Numbered from the stretch's first letter, positions 1-9,949 are shown. The stretch is 64,000 bases of DNA from Deltaproteobacteria bacterium (GCA_040218735.1 JAVJQW010000043.1:192001-256000); one strand, 5' to 3'. Notes: generated by a model from the letters alone, not told the origin. Translations and numbers: made by a program.

Positions 1-1455
1 GTACGTGAAGACCTGCTGCGCCGTGCAGTTCTGAATTTCACCCGAGTCCGTGAGGAGACGCGCGAGCTCTCGCGGCCCCGAGAAGGTAGCGCCGCCGGGG
101 AGGTTTCCGACGCCCTCGATCGTGCACTCCTCGCGCCCGTCGTCGTGCGTTCGGTACTGGCCGGCGATGTCGTAACGCTCCAGTCCGAAGCCGATCGGGT
201 CCATCTGCGAGTGGCAGCCCACACAACCGCTCGCACCCATGTGCGCCAGGTAACGCTCCGTCTTGCAGTCGTCCGGGTCTCCCTCCGGCGGTTGATCCAC
301 GTCGACGTTCGCGGGCGGCGAATCGATGACGTCACACATCAAGCGGTTCCGAACGAAAATCCCTCGCTGCGTGGGGCTCGTGTCGGTGAATTTCGAAAAG
401 GCCGCGAGCACTGCGCCGTGCGACAGGATCCCCGCGCGGTCCTCGTCGTACGCGACCCAGCCCGAACCGTCCGCCGGACGCTCGAGGCCGTAGTGATCCG
501 CGAGCATGTCGTCGACGAACGTCTCCTGCAGCAGGAACAGGTCCGAGTACGGGCGCTGCTCTTCGAAGACCACGCGATCGATCAGCGCGTTGGTCTCGTC
601 GTTGAAGCGCCCCGCCAGCTCGGCGCCGTGCGGGATCGTTCGGTACCCGAGCCACATCGCGTGGAAGCGATAGAGGTGCCGCTTCGCCCGGGCGTCGCCG
701 AGCATCCGCTCCGCCGCCGCCCGGCGCCCCGCGGCGTCGTCGAGGCGCCCCGCCGCCGCGTCGTCGAGCAGCGTGTCGTCCGGCATCGATCCCCACAGGA
801 AGTACGACAGGCGGGACGCGACCTCGTACCCGTTCAAGCGCCGCGCCCCGTTGGCCTCCTCCGCGCCGACTTCGATGCGGTACAAAAACTCCGGGTCCTG
901 CAGCACCGCGCGGATCACGAGGCCGACCGCGGTGTAGAAGTCGTTGTCGACACCCTCCACCTGCTCGGTCGCGTAAGGGAGCAGCGCTACGTAAGGCTCG
1001 ACGTCCGCGTCGGTGATCGCGCGGCGGAACGCACGCCGCAGGAACCGACGTGTGAACGCGCGGAAGCAGTCTTCGTCGCCGTCGTTCTCCGGCGTGCAGC
1101 CGACGACCGTGTCGCGCCGCGCCGAGTCCTCGACGAGTCGATCCGCGACGTCCCCGGCGAGGACCTCCAACCCGTCGATCAGCGCCATCGACGCCTGCTG
1201 CAGGGTGTAGTCGTTGTCGTACGGGCTGAACTCGTCCTCCGACAGGTAGCGGACCGCCGGTCCGGACGTGTCGAGGAGGAGGTCCGCGAGCGTCGCGTCG
1301 AGCTCCGCTTGCGAGAGGCGTCGCGCGACCGATTCGGAGGCCACGTAGTTCGAAACGGTCGGCGGTGGCGGCGGGTTCTGCGCGGGAGGGTCACCGACCT
1401 GTCCTTTGCAGCCCACGACCAGCGCGAGCCCGAAGAGCCCGGTCAGCGCACGCAC
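1..1455 (-). CDS. DUF1592/DUF1588/DUF1595-family lipoprotein (3' end runs off the window)
   Basis: Not in the ORF track because it has no stop within the window. Manual translation from GTG 1455 gives MRALTGLFGLALVVGC (lipobox), RRLSQAEL, RRAFRR, LQDPEFLYR, YEVASRLSYFLWGSMPD, SPTQRG and CVGCH..MDPIGFGLERYD, the typical motifs of this planctomycete/myxobacterial family. Confidence 0.9.
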   Translation of the reverse strand, partial: MRALTGLFGLALVVGCKGQVGDPPAQNPPPPPTVSNYVASESVARRLSQAELDATLADLLLDTSGPAVRYLSEDEFSPYDNDYTLQQASMALIDGLEVLAGDVADRLVEDSARRDTVVGCTPENDGDEDCFRAFTRRFLRRAFRRAITDADVEPYVALLPYATEQVEGVDNDFYTAVGLVIRAVLQDPEFLYRIEVGAEEANGARRLNGYEVASRLSYFLWGSMPDDTLLDDAAAGRLDDAAGRRAAAERMLGDARAKRHLYRFHAMWLGYRTIPHGAELAGRFNDETNALIDRVVFEEQRPYSDLFLLQETFVDDMLADHYGLERPADGSGWVAYDEDRAGILSHGAVLAAFSKFTDTSPTQRGIFVRNRLMCDVIDSPPANVDVDQPPEGDPDDCKTERYLAHMGASGCVGCHSQMDPIGFGLERYDIAGQYRTHDDGREECTIEGVGNLPGGATFSGPRELARLLTDSGEIQNCTAQQVFTY

Positions 1456-1519
1456 CCCTTCAGGGTAGTGGATCCGGCGGCGCGCTGTCGCCTGGGGGCT
1501 CGTCACCCCACGATTGCAG

Positions 1520-2617
1520 TTACACGACCCCGCGGTCCTTCACCGCCTGCAGCGCCATGCGCGAGACGGCGGTCCACGCCGGCGGCGAAGGATATTGGGG
1601 CTGTGCGGGGGGCGGCGGGAGCGTCGCCTTCCACCGCTCGAGCGGGAGGTCGCGGAACGTCGCGACGCGGAAGCGATCGGGGTGCGCCGCGAGGTGGCGA
1701 AGGAACGCGCGCAGCCGATGGAGGTTGAACCAGTCGAGCCGCGCGTCGGTGTACTGGTAGTTCGTCGTCCGAATGAGCCGGAACGAGTGCGTGAGCGTGC
1801 AGCACACGCGCATGCCGAGCTCGTACATCTCGTCGACCGCGGCGATCATCTCGGCCGCGTTGAGCGACGACAGCTCGAACGGTCGCATCGCGCGCTTGGG
1901 GCCGCGGGTGAACAGGTTCGTGGTCGGCACCTCCAGCACGCCGTTGTCGAGCATCGCGACGTCGTTGAGCTTCGGCGTCAGCGAGAACGGGCTGACGCCG
2001 TTCGCCACCGCCCAGACGTTGTAGCTGGAGTCGATCGGGATCTGGAGCGCCGCGCACGCCTCGGTCGCGACCTCGTCGCTCGCAAAACCTCCGGAGCGAA
2101 ACGCGATCGGCCGCACGCCCGTCCAACGCTCGAGGTCCGCCGCGCCCTCTTCGAGGTACGCGCGCTGCGCCGCGGCGTCGTAGGAATGGAGGTGGGCCGA
2201 GGGCTTCGTCATCTCGCCCGCGCGCACCGCCTCGAGGTTCATCTTGAACTCGGGGTGCACGTGGAGCTCGACGCTGTGGCCGCGGTCGACGATCGCCTTC
2301 GCCGCGGCCGCGAGCGGCGCCTCGCCGACGATGTTCTTCGCGAAAGGCTCGTAGAAGAACACCCCGCGCATGCCGTGCGCCTCGAAGGCGTCCATGAAGC
2401 ACTCGATCCCGAACGTCCCGGAGTCGAGGCGCCCCCAGATGCGGACGTCCGGTCCGATCGGTTGCACGCTGTGGTCGTTCAGCGCGCCGCCCATCGAGAT
2501 CTCCGTGTCGATCGTGAACAACACGTAGAGCGGCTCGCCGTCGGGGCGCGGGTGTGGGGGTGGCCGGCGCCGCGAGAGATCCAGCAGCGTCTGGCGCGCG
2601 CGATCCGCGAGTTTCAT
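1520..2617 (-). CDS. Polysaccharide deacetylase (CE4/NodB-like) family protein
   Basis: C-terminal part of ORF 1520..3874. The ATG at 2617 overlaps the mpl stop (ATGA). Motifs FTIDTE, ELHVHP, AFRSGG, IDSS and LTHSF. Confidence 0.75.
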   Translation of the reverse strand: MKLADRARQTLLDLSRRRPPPHPRPDGEPLYVLFTIDTEISMGGALNDHSVQPIGPDVRIWGRLDSGTFGIECFMDAFEAHGMRGVFFYEPFAKNIVGEAPLAAAAKAIVDRGHSVELHVHPEFKMNLEAVRAGEMTKPSAHLHSYDAAAQRAYLEEGAADLERWTGVRPIAFRSGGFASDEVATEACAALQIPIDSSYNVWAVANGVSPFSLTPKLNDVAMLDNGVLEVPTTNLFTRGPKRAMRPFELSSLNAAEMIAAVDEMYELGMRVCCTLTHSFRLIRTTNYQYTDARLDWFNLHRLRAFLRHLAAHPDRFRVATFRDLPLERWKATLPPPPAQPQYPSPPAWTAVSRMALQAVKDRGVV

Positions 2618-4011
2618 CGCGACCTCAGAGCCTCCTCGATCTTCGCGTAGATCCCGCCGAAGCCCCCGTTGCTCATGAAGAGGAGGGTGTCGCCTGCGCG
2701 TGCTTCGGCCTCGAGCGTCGCGACGATCGCGTCGACCTCTTCGATGTGCCGCGCCGTGCTCCCGTTCCCGCGTATCGCCTCGACCAACGCGCCGGTGTCG
2801 AGCTTCTCGGCGGCGTCGAGCTCCTTGCGCCCGACCGCTGCGATGATCGTCTCGGACGCTGCGGCGAACGCCGTCGCGTATGCGTCCTGGAAGAACTTCC
2901 GCGACGACGTCGCGGTGCGCGGCTCGAAGATCGCGAACAGCCGCCCCTCCGGGTAACGGGCGCGCACCGCCGCGATCGTCTCCGCGACGGCGGTGGGGTG
3001 GTGCGCGAAGTCGTCGATCACCCGCACGCCGTCGATCACCGCGCGCACCGTCTGGCGCCGCGCGACCCCCTGGAAGGACTCGAAGCCCTCGCGGATCTCG
3101 GAGACCGACAGCCCCGCCGACAAACCGAACGCCGCGGCGACCACCGCGTTCTCGACGTTGTGGGTGCCGGCGAGCGGGAGGTCGAAGCGCCCCAGCCGCA
3201 CGTTGCCGTTGAACAGCGAGAACGACGAGCCCTCCGGCGTCGTCTCGACGTCGCGCGCGGCCCAATTCGCATCGCCGCGCGCCGAGTAGGTCACGACGTC
3301 GGCGCGCGCGGCGCGCACCTGCTGAAGCGCGCGGGGCGCCGTGGCGCAGACGTAGATCTTCCCGTCGGGCGGGACGAGCGCGACGACCTTCGCGAACTCG
3401 CGCTCGATCGATTCGACGTCGTCGTAGATGTCGGCGTGGTCGAACTCGAGCGAAGTGATGATCAGCGTCTGCGGTCGGTAGTGGAGGAACTTGGGGACCT
3501 TGTCGAAGTACGCGGTGTCGTACTCGTCGCCCTCGACGACGAAGTGCTCGCCGCCGCCGAGCCGGAAGCCTTCGTCGAAGTTGCCCGGGACGCCACCGAC
3601 CAGCATCCCTGGATCGCGTCCGGCCGAGGCGAGGAGCCAAGCGATGAGGCTCGTGGTGGTCGTCTTGCCGTGTGTGCCGGACACCACGACGCTGTGTTTG
3701 TCGGCGAGGAACAGATCGCCGAGCGCCTTCGGGAACGAGGTGTACTCGAGCTCGCGCGCGACGACCGCTTCGGCTTCGGGGTTGGTGCGGCGGATGACGT
3801 TGCCGACGACGACGAGGTCGGGGCCCCAGTCGAGGTTCTCGGGCCGGTAGCCCTTCATCACGTCGATGCCCCACGCCGCGAGTTTGTCGGACATCGGCGG
3901 GTAGACGTTTTCGTCGCTGCCGCGCACTTCGTAGCCGGCGCGTTGCAGGAGGCCAGCGAAGCTCCCCATGCCGGTGCCGCAGATCCCCATCAGGTGGATG
4001 GTTCGAACCAC
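2614..4011 (-). CDS. mpl: UDP-N-acetylmuramate:L-alanyl-gamma-D-glutamyl-meso-DAP ligase (murein peptide ligase)
   Basis: IHLMGICGTGMG, GSDENVYPPMS, GTHGKTTT (P-loop), EGDEYDTAYFDK, DDFAHHPT, FEPR and MSNGGFGG. Confidence 0.93.
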   Translation of the reverse strand: MVRTIHLMGICGTGMGSFAGLLQRAGYEVRGSDENVYPPMSDKLAAWGIDVMKGYRPENLDWGPDLVVVGNVIRRTNPEAEAVVARELEYTSFPKALGDLFLADKHSVVVSGTHGKTTTTSLIAWLLASAGRDPGMLVGGVPGNFDEGFRLGGGEHFVVEGDEYDTAYFDKVPKFLHYRPQTLIITSLEFDHADIYDDVESIEREFAKVVALVPPDGKIYVCATAPRALQQVRAARADVVTYSARGDANWAARDVETTPEGSSFSLFNGNVRLGRFDLPLAGTHNVENAVVAAAFGLSAGLSVSEIREGFESFQGVARRQTVRAVIDGVRVIDDFAHHPTAVAETIAAVRARYPEGRLFAIFEPRTATSSRKFFQDAYATAFAAASETIIAAVGRKELDAAEKLDTGALVEAIRGNGSTARHIEEVDAIVATLEAEARAGDTLLFMSNGGFGGIYAKIEEALRSR

Positions 4012-4058
4012 GGACCGGAGCTTACCGCCCGACGTTCGTCAGGCCCAACGTCGACGAG

Positions 4059-4904
4059 CTAACGGCGGAAAGACCGACGGCGATTGTCGTAGGCCTTCAT
4101 GATCGCATCGAACTCCGCCGCGCTGGCGGGGGCTTTCTCGATGCCGAACTTGGGCTCGCCGTTCTCCGGCTGGTTCCACCACATGACGTGGACGTTGTCC
4201 TCGCCGTCCTGGGGCGCCACGAAGCGCATCCCGCGGCGCGACTCTTCGTTCGTGCCGAGCTGGTGGCGGCCGACGACCTCCGGTTGGCCCTGGGCGTCGT
4301 CGACCCAGAGGTCGAACCACGACTTGTCGGGCTTGGCGCCCATGCCGGACTCCGCGGCCTTGCGCGCGTCGACGAAGGAGCCGTGCTCGCGTGCGACGAC
4401 GTCCGGCGTCTGCCCCTGCTCACCCATCGCGGTGACGTGCCCGACGAGCCGCGTGAGCGCGAGCTGTCCGGCGTCGACCGCGGCCTTTTCGAGTTTCTTG
4501 CGGGTCTTCGGATCCGAGAGCTGATCCGTGAGGGCGCGGCTGGACGCGCTCCACAGGCGCGCCGCGGTCGCGGAGAACGTCTGCTCGGCCGCCTCCGCCG
4601 CGACCTTCTCGCCGACCTTGACGCCCGCCTTCGTCCCGACCTTCGAAGCCGTGGTCCCGGCCTTACCGACGGCGCCCGCGACGGGGATCAGCTGGATGAT
4701 CCCGCCGATCAGTCGCCCGGCGTCGCCGTCCCGGACCCCCGCGAAGATGTCCTTGGCGCCTTTGACTTCGCCGAGGCCCGGTACGAGCGCTCCGGCGATG
4801 TCGCCCGCGATGCGCGCGGCGCTCGATCCCTCGGGGGCTTCTCCCACGAAGCCGCCCAGGAAGTCGGCCACGGCATTCGGGGATTTGTTGACGGCGTCCG
4901 CCAC
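4059..4904 (-). CDS. Putative polymorphic-toxin-like protein (pre-toxin-TG-like segment plus Ntox47-like C-terminus)
   Basis: 3' part of ORF 4059..7181, with a GTG start at 4904 and TACAAT upstream. GALVPGLGEVKGAKDI...QLIPVAGAVGKAG resembles pre-toxin TG helices. C-terminus is SFVDARKAA..VVGR..GMRF..HVMWWN. Confidence 0.5.
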   Translation of the reverse strand: MADAVNKSPNAVADFLGGFVGEAPEGSSAARIAGDIAGALVPGLGEVKGAKDIFAGVRDGDAGRLIGGIIQLIPVAGAVGKAGTTASKVGTKAGVKVGEKVAAEAAEQTFSATAARLWSASSRALTDQLSDPKTRKKLEKAAVDAGQLALTRLVGHVTAMGEQGQTPDVVAREHGSFVDARKAAESGMGAKPDKSWFDLWVDDAQGQPEVVGRHQLGTNEESRRGMRFVAPQDGEDNVHVMWWNQPENGEPKFGIEKAPASAAEFDAIMKAYDNRRRSFRR

Positions 4905-5057
4905 GTGTCCGGCATTGTAGCAGATTCGAGCACCACGGGAACGACGATCACTGAAGCCCCCTGAATCACGGGGCGATCCCGGCGGCCGAGGGGCGGACTG
5001 TCGTTGTTGTCCGGATCCCCGTAGCGTCGTATTCGGGCAGTGGAGCGCCTGAACCGG

Positions 5058-7700
5058 ATGGCGAACACCGAGCTGACTTCGAACCACGCGGTCGCGGAGC
5101 TGATCAACCTCGCGGACCGCGCGGAGGCGCAGGGCGATCTCGCCGAGCGCCGTGCGTTCGTCGAGCGCGCCACGGAGCTGCTCGTCCAATCCGGAGACGT
5201 TCAAGCTGCGATCGATCTCGCCGCCGCCAAGAACGAAGCCGAGCTCGGCGCCGAGATCGCCGAACGCGCGGGCGATGAACGCCGCGCCGCGCAGCTGTAC
5301 GCAGAGACCGGCAACAACGTACGCGCCGCACGCGCCCGCGAGCGCAACGGTGAACCGGCGCTCGCCGCGGAGCTGTGGGAACGCGCCGGTCGCTTCGCGC
5401 GCGCGGCGTCCATTCACGAGACACTCGGCGACTTCGTCCGCGCCTCCAAACTGTACGACAAGAGCGGTGAGAAGAAGCGCGCCGCCGACCTTCTGGTTCG
5501 CGCGCTGTCCGGGGACGGAACACGACGGCTCCTCGGTCCCGCTGCGAACGAAGCGTGTCGCGAGGCCGGGAAACTCTACGCCGACGACGGCCACCTCGAC
5601 CTCGCGGTACGCGTCCTGAAGTGGGGCCGCGAGATGGTCCTCGCGAGTCAGCTCCTTCTGCGCGAAGGGCGGCACGATGACGCCGTCGATCTCCTCGTCG
5701 AAGCCGGTCACCTCCTCGACGCCGCCGAAGCCGCGCGCCAGGCGGGCGACGAAAAACGTGCGCATCGACTCCTCGCGAAGCGGGCCGAAGAGGAGGGGCG
5801 TCTCAAGGAGGCCGCGGAGCACCTCGAGGAGGCGGAAGACTTCGAGCGCGCGGGCGGACTGTACGAGCTCGCCGAAGCGCTCGACCGCGCCGCCGCCGCC
5901 TTCGAGCGCGCGGGGCGCTTCGAGACCGCCGCGCAGCACTACCAACGCATCGGTCGCCCTAACGAGGCCGCGCGTTGCCTCCGTGCGGCCGGTCGGACGA
6001 GCGACGCGATGGACGTCGAGACGCAGAGCGGCTCCGACGACTCCCTCGAACGGCTCGTCGCGCGGGGCGCGTACCTCGACGCCGCGAAGGCAGCGCTCGC
6101 GCACGCCCGTGCCGGTGAAACAGAGCGGTACGTCGACGCGGTCCAGTATCTGGAGCGCGTGCCGAACGATCACGCCGACGGCCTCGCCGCGCGCACGTTG
6201 CTCGCCGAGGTCCTCGCGGAGTCGGGTGAGCCGAAGCGCGCGTTGATGGTGCTCCAGCGGATGTTCGTCGGGCTGCGCCCCACCGCCGCGCACGTCCCCG
6301 CGATGTACCAGTACGGACGGCTGCTCGAGCGCGAGGGTTATCTGGCCGGCGCGCGTAACGCGTACCGCACGGCGGCGTCGTTCGGCGCGCCGCACCGTGA
6401 TCTCGAAGAGCGGCTCGCGCGCCTCGCGAACGAACAGGCGGAGACGCCGAAGCCGGAGCACGTGGTGGCCTCGATGCGTCCCGTGCCGACCGCGCCGATG
6501 GTCGTCGGAGGACCGCGGGTCCCGCGCGCCGCGTCGAGCGTCGCGCACCTGATGCCGCCGATCGCGGCGGAGACCTCGTCCGCGTCGGACACGATGTCGC
6601 TGATCGATCAGGAGCTGCGGTCGCTGACCGGCAACTTCCGGATCGACGCGCCGGACGACGCACGTCCCGGCATGCGCTCCAGCGGGTCGTCGCCGGAGGT
6701 CGAGGCCGAGGAGGAGCCCGACGTCCTCCCCGCCGAGGACGTGGTCGAGGTCCTCGAAGAGCAGTCCTCCGAGACTGCGCGACCGGACGCGTTGATGGGG
6801 CGCGTGCTGCGCGGGCGCTTCCGGATCGAGAAGAAGCTCGGCCGCGGCGCGCAGGCGCTCGTCTACCTCGCGCGCGACCAGGTGCTCGACCGCGCCGTTG
6901 CGATCAAGGTGCTCAACGAGTCGGTCGCGGCGGACGAGACCGCGCTCGATCGTTTCCTCCGCGAAGCGCGCATGGCGGCGCGCGTGCACCACGTCGGCTG
7001 CCTCGCGATCTACGACTTCGGTCAGGAGTCCGGGCTGACCTTCATGGCGATGGAGTACTTCAAGGGGCGCACCGTGCGTGACCTCGTGAAGCGCGGCCCG
7101 ATGGACGTGTATCTCGTGCTGCGGATCGCCGGCGACGTCGCGTCGGCGCTCGGCGCGGTGCACGAGGCCGGCATCATCCACCGCGACGTGAAGCCGACGA
7201 ACGTGATGGTCGACCGCAACGGCAACGTTCGGCTCACCGACTTCGGCGTCGCGCGCTCGCAGGGTGACGAGAGCTCCAGCGGGATGATGGTCGGGACGAT
7301 GAAGTACATGGCGCCCGAGCAGGCGCGCGGCAAGGAAGCCGACCAGCGCGCCGACATCTTCAGCCTCGGCGTCATGATGTTCGAGATGCTCGTCGGCAAG
7401 CCGCCTTTCGGGGGCTCGCTCGACGCGCTGATCGCCCGCGTCACGAAGCCACCGCCTCCGCTCCCCGAGGAGCTCGACATACCCGAGGACGTCACGAAGA
7501 TCGTGATGAAGTGCATGCAGCGCAAGCCGACGCAGCGCTACCGGAACGTGTCGCAGCTGGTGGACGCGATGTCGGCGGCGCGCACGCGCATCAAGGCGGA
7601 GCGCGCGACGAGCGCGGACCTGCGCTCGGACGACATCGAAGTCGCCGACGACGACTCCGAGGATCCGACGCAGGACGGCTACCCGGGGCTCGAAGAGTAG
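5058..7700 (+). CDS. Ser/Thr protein kinase with N-terminal TPR/alpha-solenoid repeats
   Basis: Repeats of the AAELWERAG type. Kinase motifs LGRGAQALVY, VAIKVL, HRDVKPTN, DFG, GTMKYMAPE and DIFSLG. No TM segment. Confidence 0.92.
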   Translation: MANTELTSNHAVAELINLADRAEAQGDLAERRAFVERATELLVQSGDVQAAIDLAAAKNEAELGAEIAERAGDERRAAQLYAETGNNVRAARARERNGEPALAAELWERAGRFARAASIHETLGDFVRASKLYDKSGEKKRAADLLVRALSGDGTRRLLGPAANEACREAGKLYADDGHLDLAVRVLKWGREMVLASQLLLREGRHDDAVDLLVEAGHLLDAAEAARQAGDEKRAHRLLAKRAEEEGRLKEAAEHLEEAEDFERAGGLYELAEALDRAAAAFERAGRFETAAQHYQRIGRPNEAARCLRAAGRTSDAMDVETQSGSDDSLERLVARGAYLDAAKAALAHARAGETERYVDAVQYLERVPNDHADGLAARTLLAEVLAESGEPKRALMVLQRMFVGLRPTAAHVPAMYQYGRLLEREGYLAGARNAYRTAASFGAPHRDLEERLARLANEQAETPKPEHVVASMRPVPTAPMVVGGPRVPRAASSVAHLMPPIAAETSSASDTMSLIDQELRSLTGNFRIDAPDDARPGMRSSGSSPEVEAEEEPDVLPAEDVVEVLEEQSSETARPDALMGRVLRGRFRIEKKLGRGAQALVYLARDQVLDRAVAIKVLNESVAADETALDRFLREARMAARVHHVGCLAIYDFGQESGLTFMAMEYFKGRTVRDLVKRGPMDVYLVLRIAGDVASALGAVHEAGIIHRDVKPTNVMVDRNGNVRLTDFGVARSQGDESSSGMMVGTMKYMAPEQARGKEADQRADIFSLGVMMFEMLVGKPPFGGSLDALIARVTKPPPPLPEELDIPEDVTKIVMKCMQRKPTQRYRNVSQLVDAMSAARTRIKAERATSADLRSDDIEVADDDSEDPTQDGYPGLEE

Positions 7701-7761
7701 GTCAGGGGCGCTCGACGTCCCTCAGCATTTCGCTCGCGCGGCTGTCCGACGGACGCGCACC

Positions 7762-8523
7762 TCAGAGCTCGGTGGGCTCGAGGATCTCATCCCATAACAC
7801 GAACGCCTCGCCACACTTGGGACAGTGCACGGTTCCCATCAGCGAGCGCAGCTTCGCTGCGAGCGTCGGGTAGCCGTGATGCTCCGCGATGCCTGCCATC
7901 TGCGCGGGGGCCGTCGGGTCGGTCCACTCCGTGTCGGCTTCGAGGTGATTCGGTGGTTCGATCGGTGACGAGGGGCCGAACTCGTTGCCGGGGAGGAAGA
8001 GTGGCGTCCATCCATCGCCGTGATGGTCGAGGTAGAGCTCGACGCCGCAGCTGTCCCCCGGACAGCGCGTCTGAATCGTAGAGCCATCGACGAAGGTCAT
8101 CAGGGCCTCCGCCGCCCGATGGACTCCGCGCAGAGCCAGCGCCGTCCATACAAGGGCTGCGGCTTCGTCGTCCGTGACGTCGGCGCGGAGCGCTTCGACC
8201 ACCAACTCGCGCGCGCTCGCACATGCGCGGTCGTAGGCCTCGGCGAGCTTCGACGGCACCTCGACATCCCCAGCCGCTACCATGCCGACGAACGTGAGGT
8301 GCTCGACGCGTTCGTTTGCGGCGCGTAGCGACGCGATCGACACGACGTGCGGGACCGCGGCGAACGCAGCCTCGAACGGAGTGCCCTGCGGGCACAGTGA
8401 ACCGTACAGCTCCGACCAGACGTCTGCGCGCCGTGCGAGCGCAAGCAGCAGCGAAGGAACCTCGCTTGCGTTGCCGTAGGCGTCGGCGAGGTTCGCCCAG
8501 GAGTGTGCGTCAAGCGGAAGCAT
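7762..8523 (-). CDS. Hypothetical helical protein with C-terminal Zn-ribbon-like Cys pairs
   Basis: 253 aa ORF with a W..L.DAYG.A..VP.LL N-terminal motif, plus CPGDSC and CPKC. Confidence 0.7.
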   Translation of the reverse strand: MLPLDAHSWANLADAYGNASEVPSLLLALARRADVWSELYGSLCPQGTPFEAAFAAVPHVVSIASLRAANERVEHLTFVGMVAAGDVEVPSKLAEAYDRACASARELVVEALRADVTDDEAAALVWTALALRGVHRAAEALMTFVDGSTIQTRCPGDSCGVELYLDHHGDGWTPLFLPGNEFGPSSPIEPPNHLEADTEWTDPTAPAQMAGIAEHHGYPTLAAKLRSLMGTVHCPKCGEAFVLWDEILEPTEL

Positions 8524-8529
8524 GGCCTG

Positions 8530-9939
8530 TTAGCGGTCGCCGACCAACACGCGCACGCGTCCGCGCCCCGGCCACCGAATCGGGGATGACAAGGCGATCG
8601 CCACGCAGCGGCGGAAGCGCTCCGCGTTTGCGTCGCGCGGAGCGACGGACAGCGACGTGCCGGAGGCGTTCACGTCGAACGTGAGCGCGAGCCTTCGGCC
8701 TTCGTCTTCACCGCGCTGCGTAGTCTCGTGGCACTCGAAGAACTTCGGCGCTGCGGTGCGGACCGCGAAGTCCAACGCTTCGGCGTCCGCGAAGCCCTCG
8801 GCGCCCTCGATCGCGATGACGCGCAAGCCCTCTTGCACGCCGGCGTCGCGGAAGATCTCGACGGAGGTCGTCGTGCCAGTCTCCGTCCCGTCGAGTTGAT
8901 CCGACGACACCGCGTCGACCTGCGTCCCTCCGTCGCGCGCGATACGTTCGATCGGCGGCGTCTCGACGCGAGGCTCCAGCGCGACGTACGCGGCCACCGC
9001 CGCCGCCGCCGCGAGGATCGGCGCGAGCCACAGCAGCGGGGAGGGGCCGCGGTGCTCTTCGCGGTCCTCGAGCATCGCTTCGATCTCCCCGGCGAGCGCC
9101 GCCGCGCTCGGGCCACGGTTTTCGGGCTCCTTGTCGAGGAGGCGGAGGATCAGCGCTTCGACGTCGGAGGGGAGGTCCGGCCTCGCGCCGACCTGACTCG
9201 GGCGCGGCGGGGTCTCCAGGCCGTGCCCCGCGATCTGCGCGATGGGCTCGCCGCCGAACGGCACCTCGCCGGTGAGGCAGTGGAACGCGACCACGGCGAG
9301 GCTGTAGAGATCCGCGCGACCGTCGAGCGGCTTCGCAAACGCCTGCTCCGGCGACAGATACGCCGGCGTCCCGAGCACCACGCCGGCCATCGTGGGGGGC
9401 GTCGCGCCGGGGCCCTTGCGGGGCTCGATCTTCTGACCCGGCGTGACCTTCGCGACCCCGAAGTCGAGGACCTTCACGACCTCCTGCGCCATGACGTCCT
9501 GCAGGAAGATGTTCGCGGGTTTGAGGTCGCGGTGGACGACGCCGACCGCGTGCGCCTCCGCGAGGGAGCGGCACACGTCGCGCATCAGGCCAAGCACCCG
9601 GCGCCACGGCAGAGGCCCCTCGTCGCGGATGACCTTCGACAGCGGCCGGCCCTCCAGAAGCTCGGTGACCAGGTAGAGCAGGCCGTCGGTGGTCGCGCCG
9701 TAGTCGATCAGCTTGAGCGTGTTGGGGTGATTGAGGCGCGAGATGATCTTCGCTTCGCTCTCGAAGCGCGCGACGAGTTTGTCGTCGCCGCGATCCTCGG
9801 GGAGCATCACCTTGATCGCGACGGCGCGATCCACGTTGAGCTGGCGGCCACGGTACACCGTGGCCATGCCGCCGATCGCGAGCGGTTCGACGATTTCGTA
9901 GCGGCCGTCGAGGACGCGTCCGACGAGCTCGTCGGCCAT
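8530..9939 (-). CDS. Membrane Ser/Thr protein kinase
   Basis: LAIGGMATVY, VAIKVM, HRDLKPAN, DFG and GTPAYLSPE. TM segment LLWLAPILAAAAAVAAYVAL, then a C-terminal extracytoplasmic domain. Confidence 0.92.
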   Translation of the reverse strand: MADELVGRVLDGRYEIVEPLAIGGMATVYRGRQLNVDRAVAIKVMLPEDRGDDKLVARFESEAKIISRLNHPNTLKLIDYGATTDGLLYLVTELLEGRPLSKVIRDEGPLPWRRVLGLMRDVCRSLAEAHAVGVVHRDLKPANIFLQDVMAQEVVKVLDFGVAKVTPGQKIEPRKGPGATPPTMAGVVLGTPAYLSPEQAFAKPLDGRADLYSLAVVAFHCLTGEVPFGGEPIAQIAGHGLETPPRPSQVGARPDLPSDVEALILRLLDKEPENRGPSAAALAGEIEAMLEDREEHRGPSPLLWLAPILAAAAAVAAYVALEPRVETPPIERIARDGGTQVDAVSSDQLDGTETGTTTSVEIFRDAGVQEGLRVIAIEGAEGFADAEALDFAVRTAAPKFFECHETTQRGEDEGRRLALTFDVNASGTSLSVAPRDANAERFRRCVAIALSSPIRWPGRGRVRVLVGDR

Positions 9940-9949
9940 GTCGTGCGGT

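Noticed and set aside
145-1728. 527-aa plus-strand ORF, and similar long Arg/Ala-rich ORFs such as 30434..33334, 22758..24974 and 60847..62955
   Set aside because: These are antisense or off-frame shadows of well-supported genes, as expected in high-GC DNA, and they carry no recognisable motifs.
4905-7181. 5' three-quarters of the 1040-aa ORF 4059..7181
   Set aside because: It is antisense to the TPR kinase. Only the part from GTG 4904 looks like a real protein.
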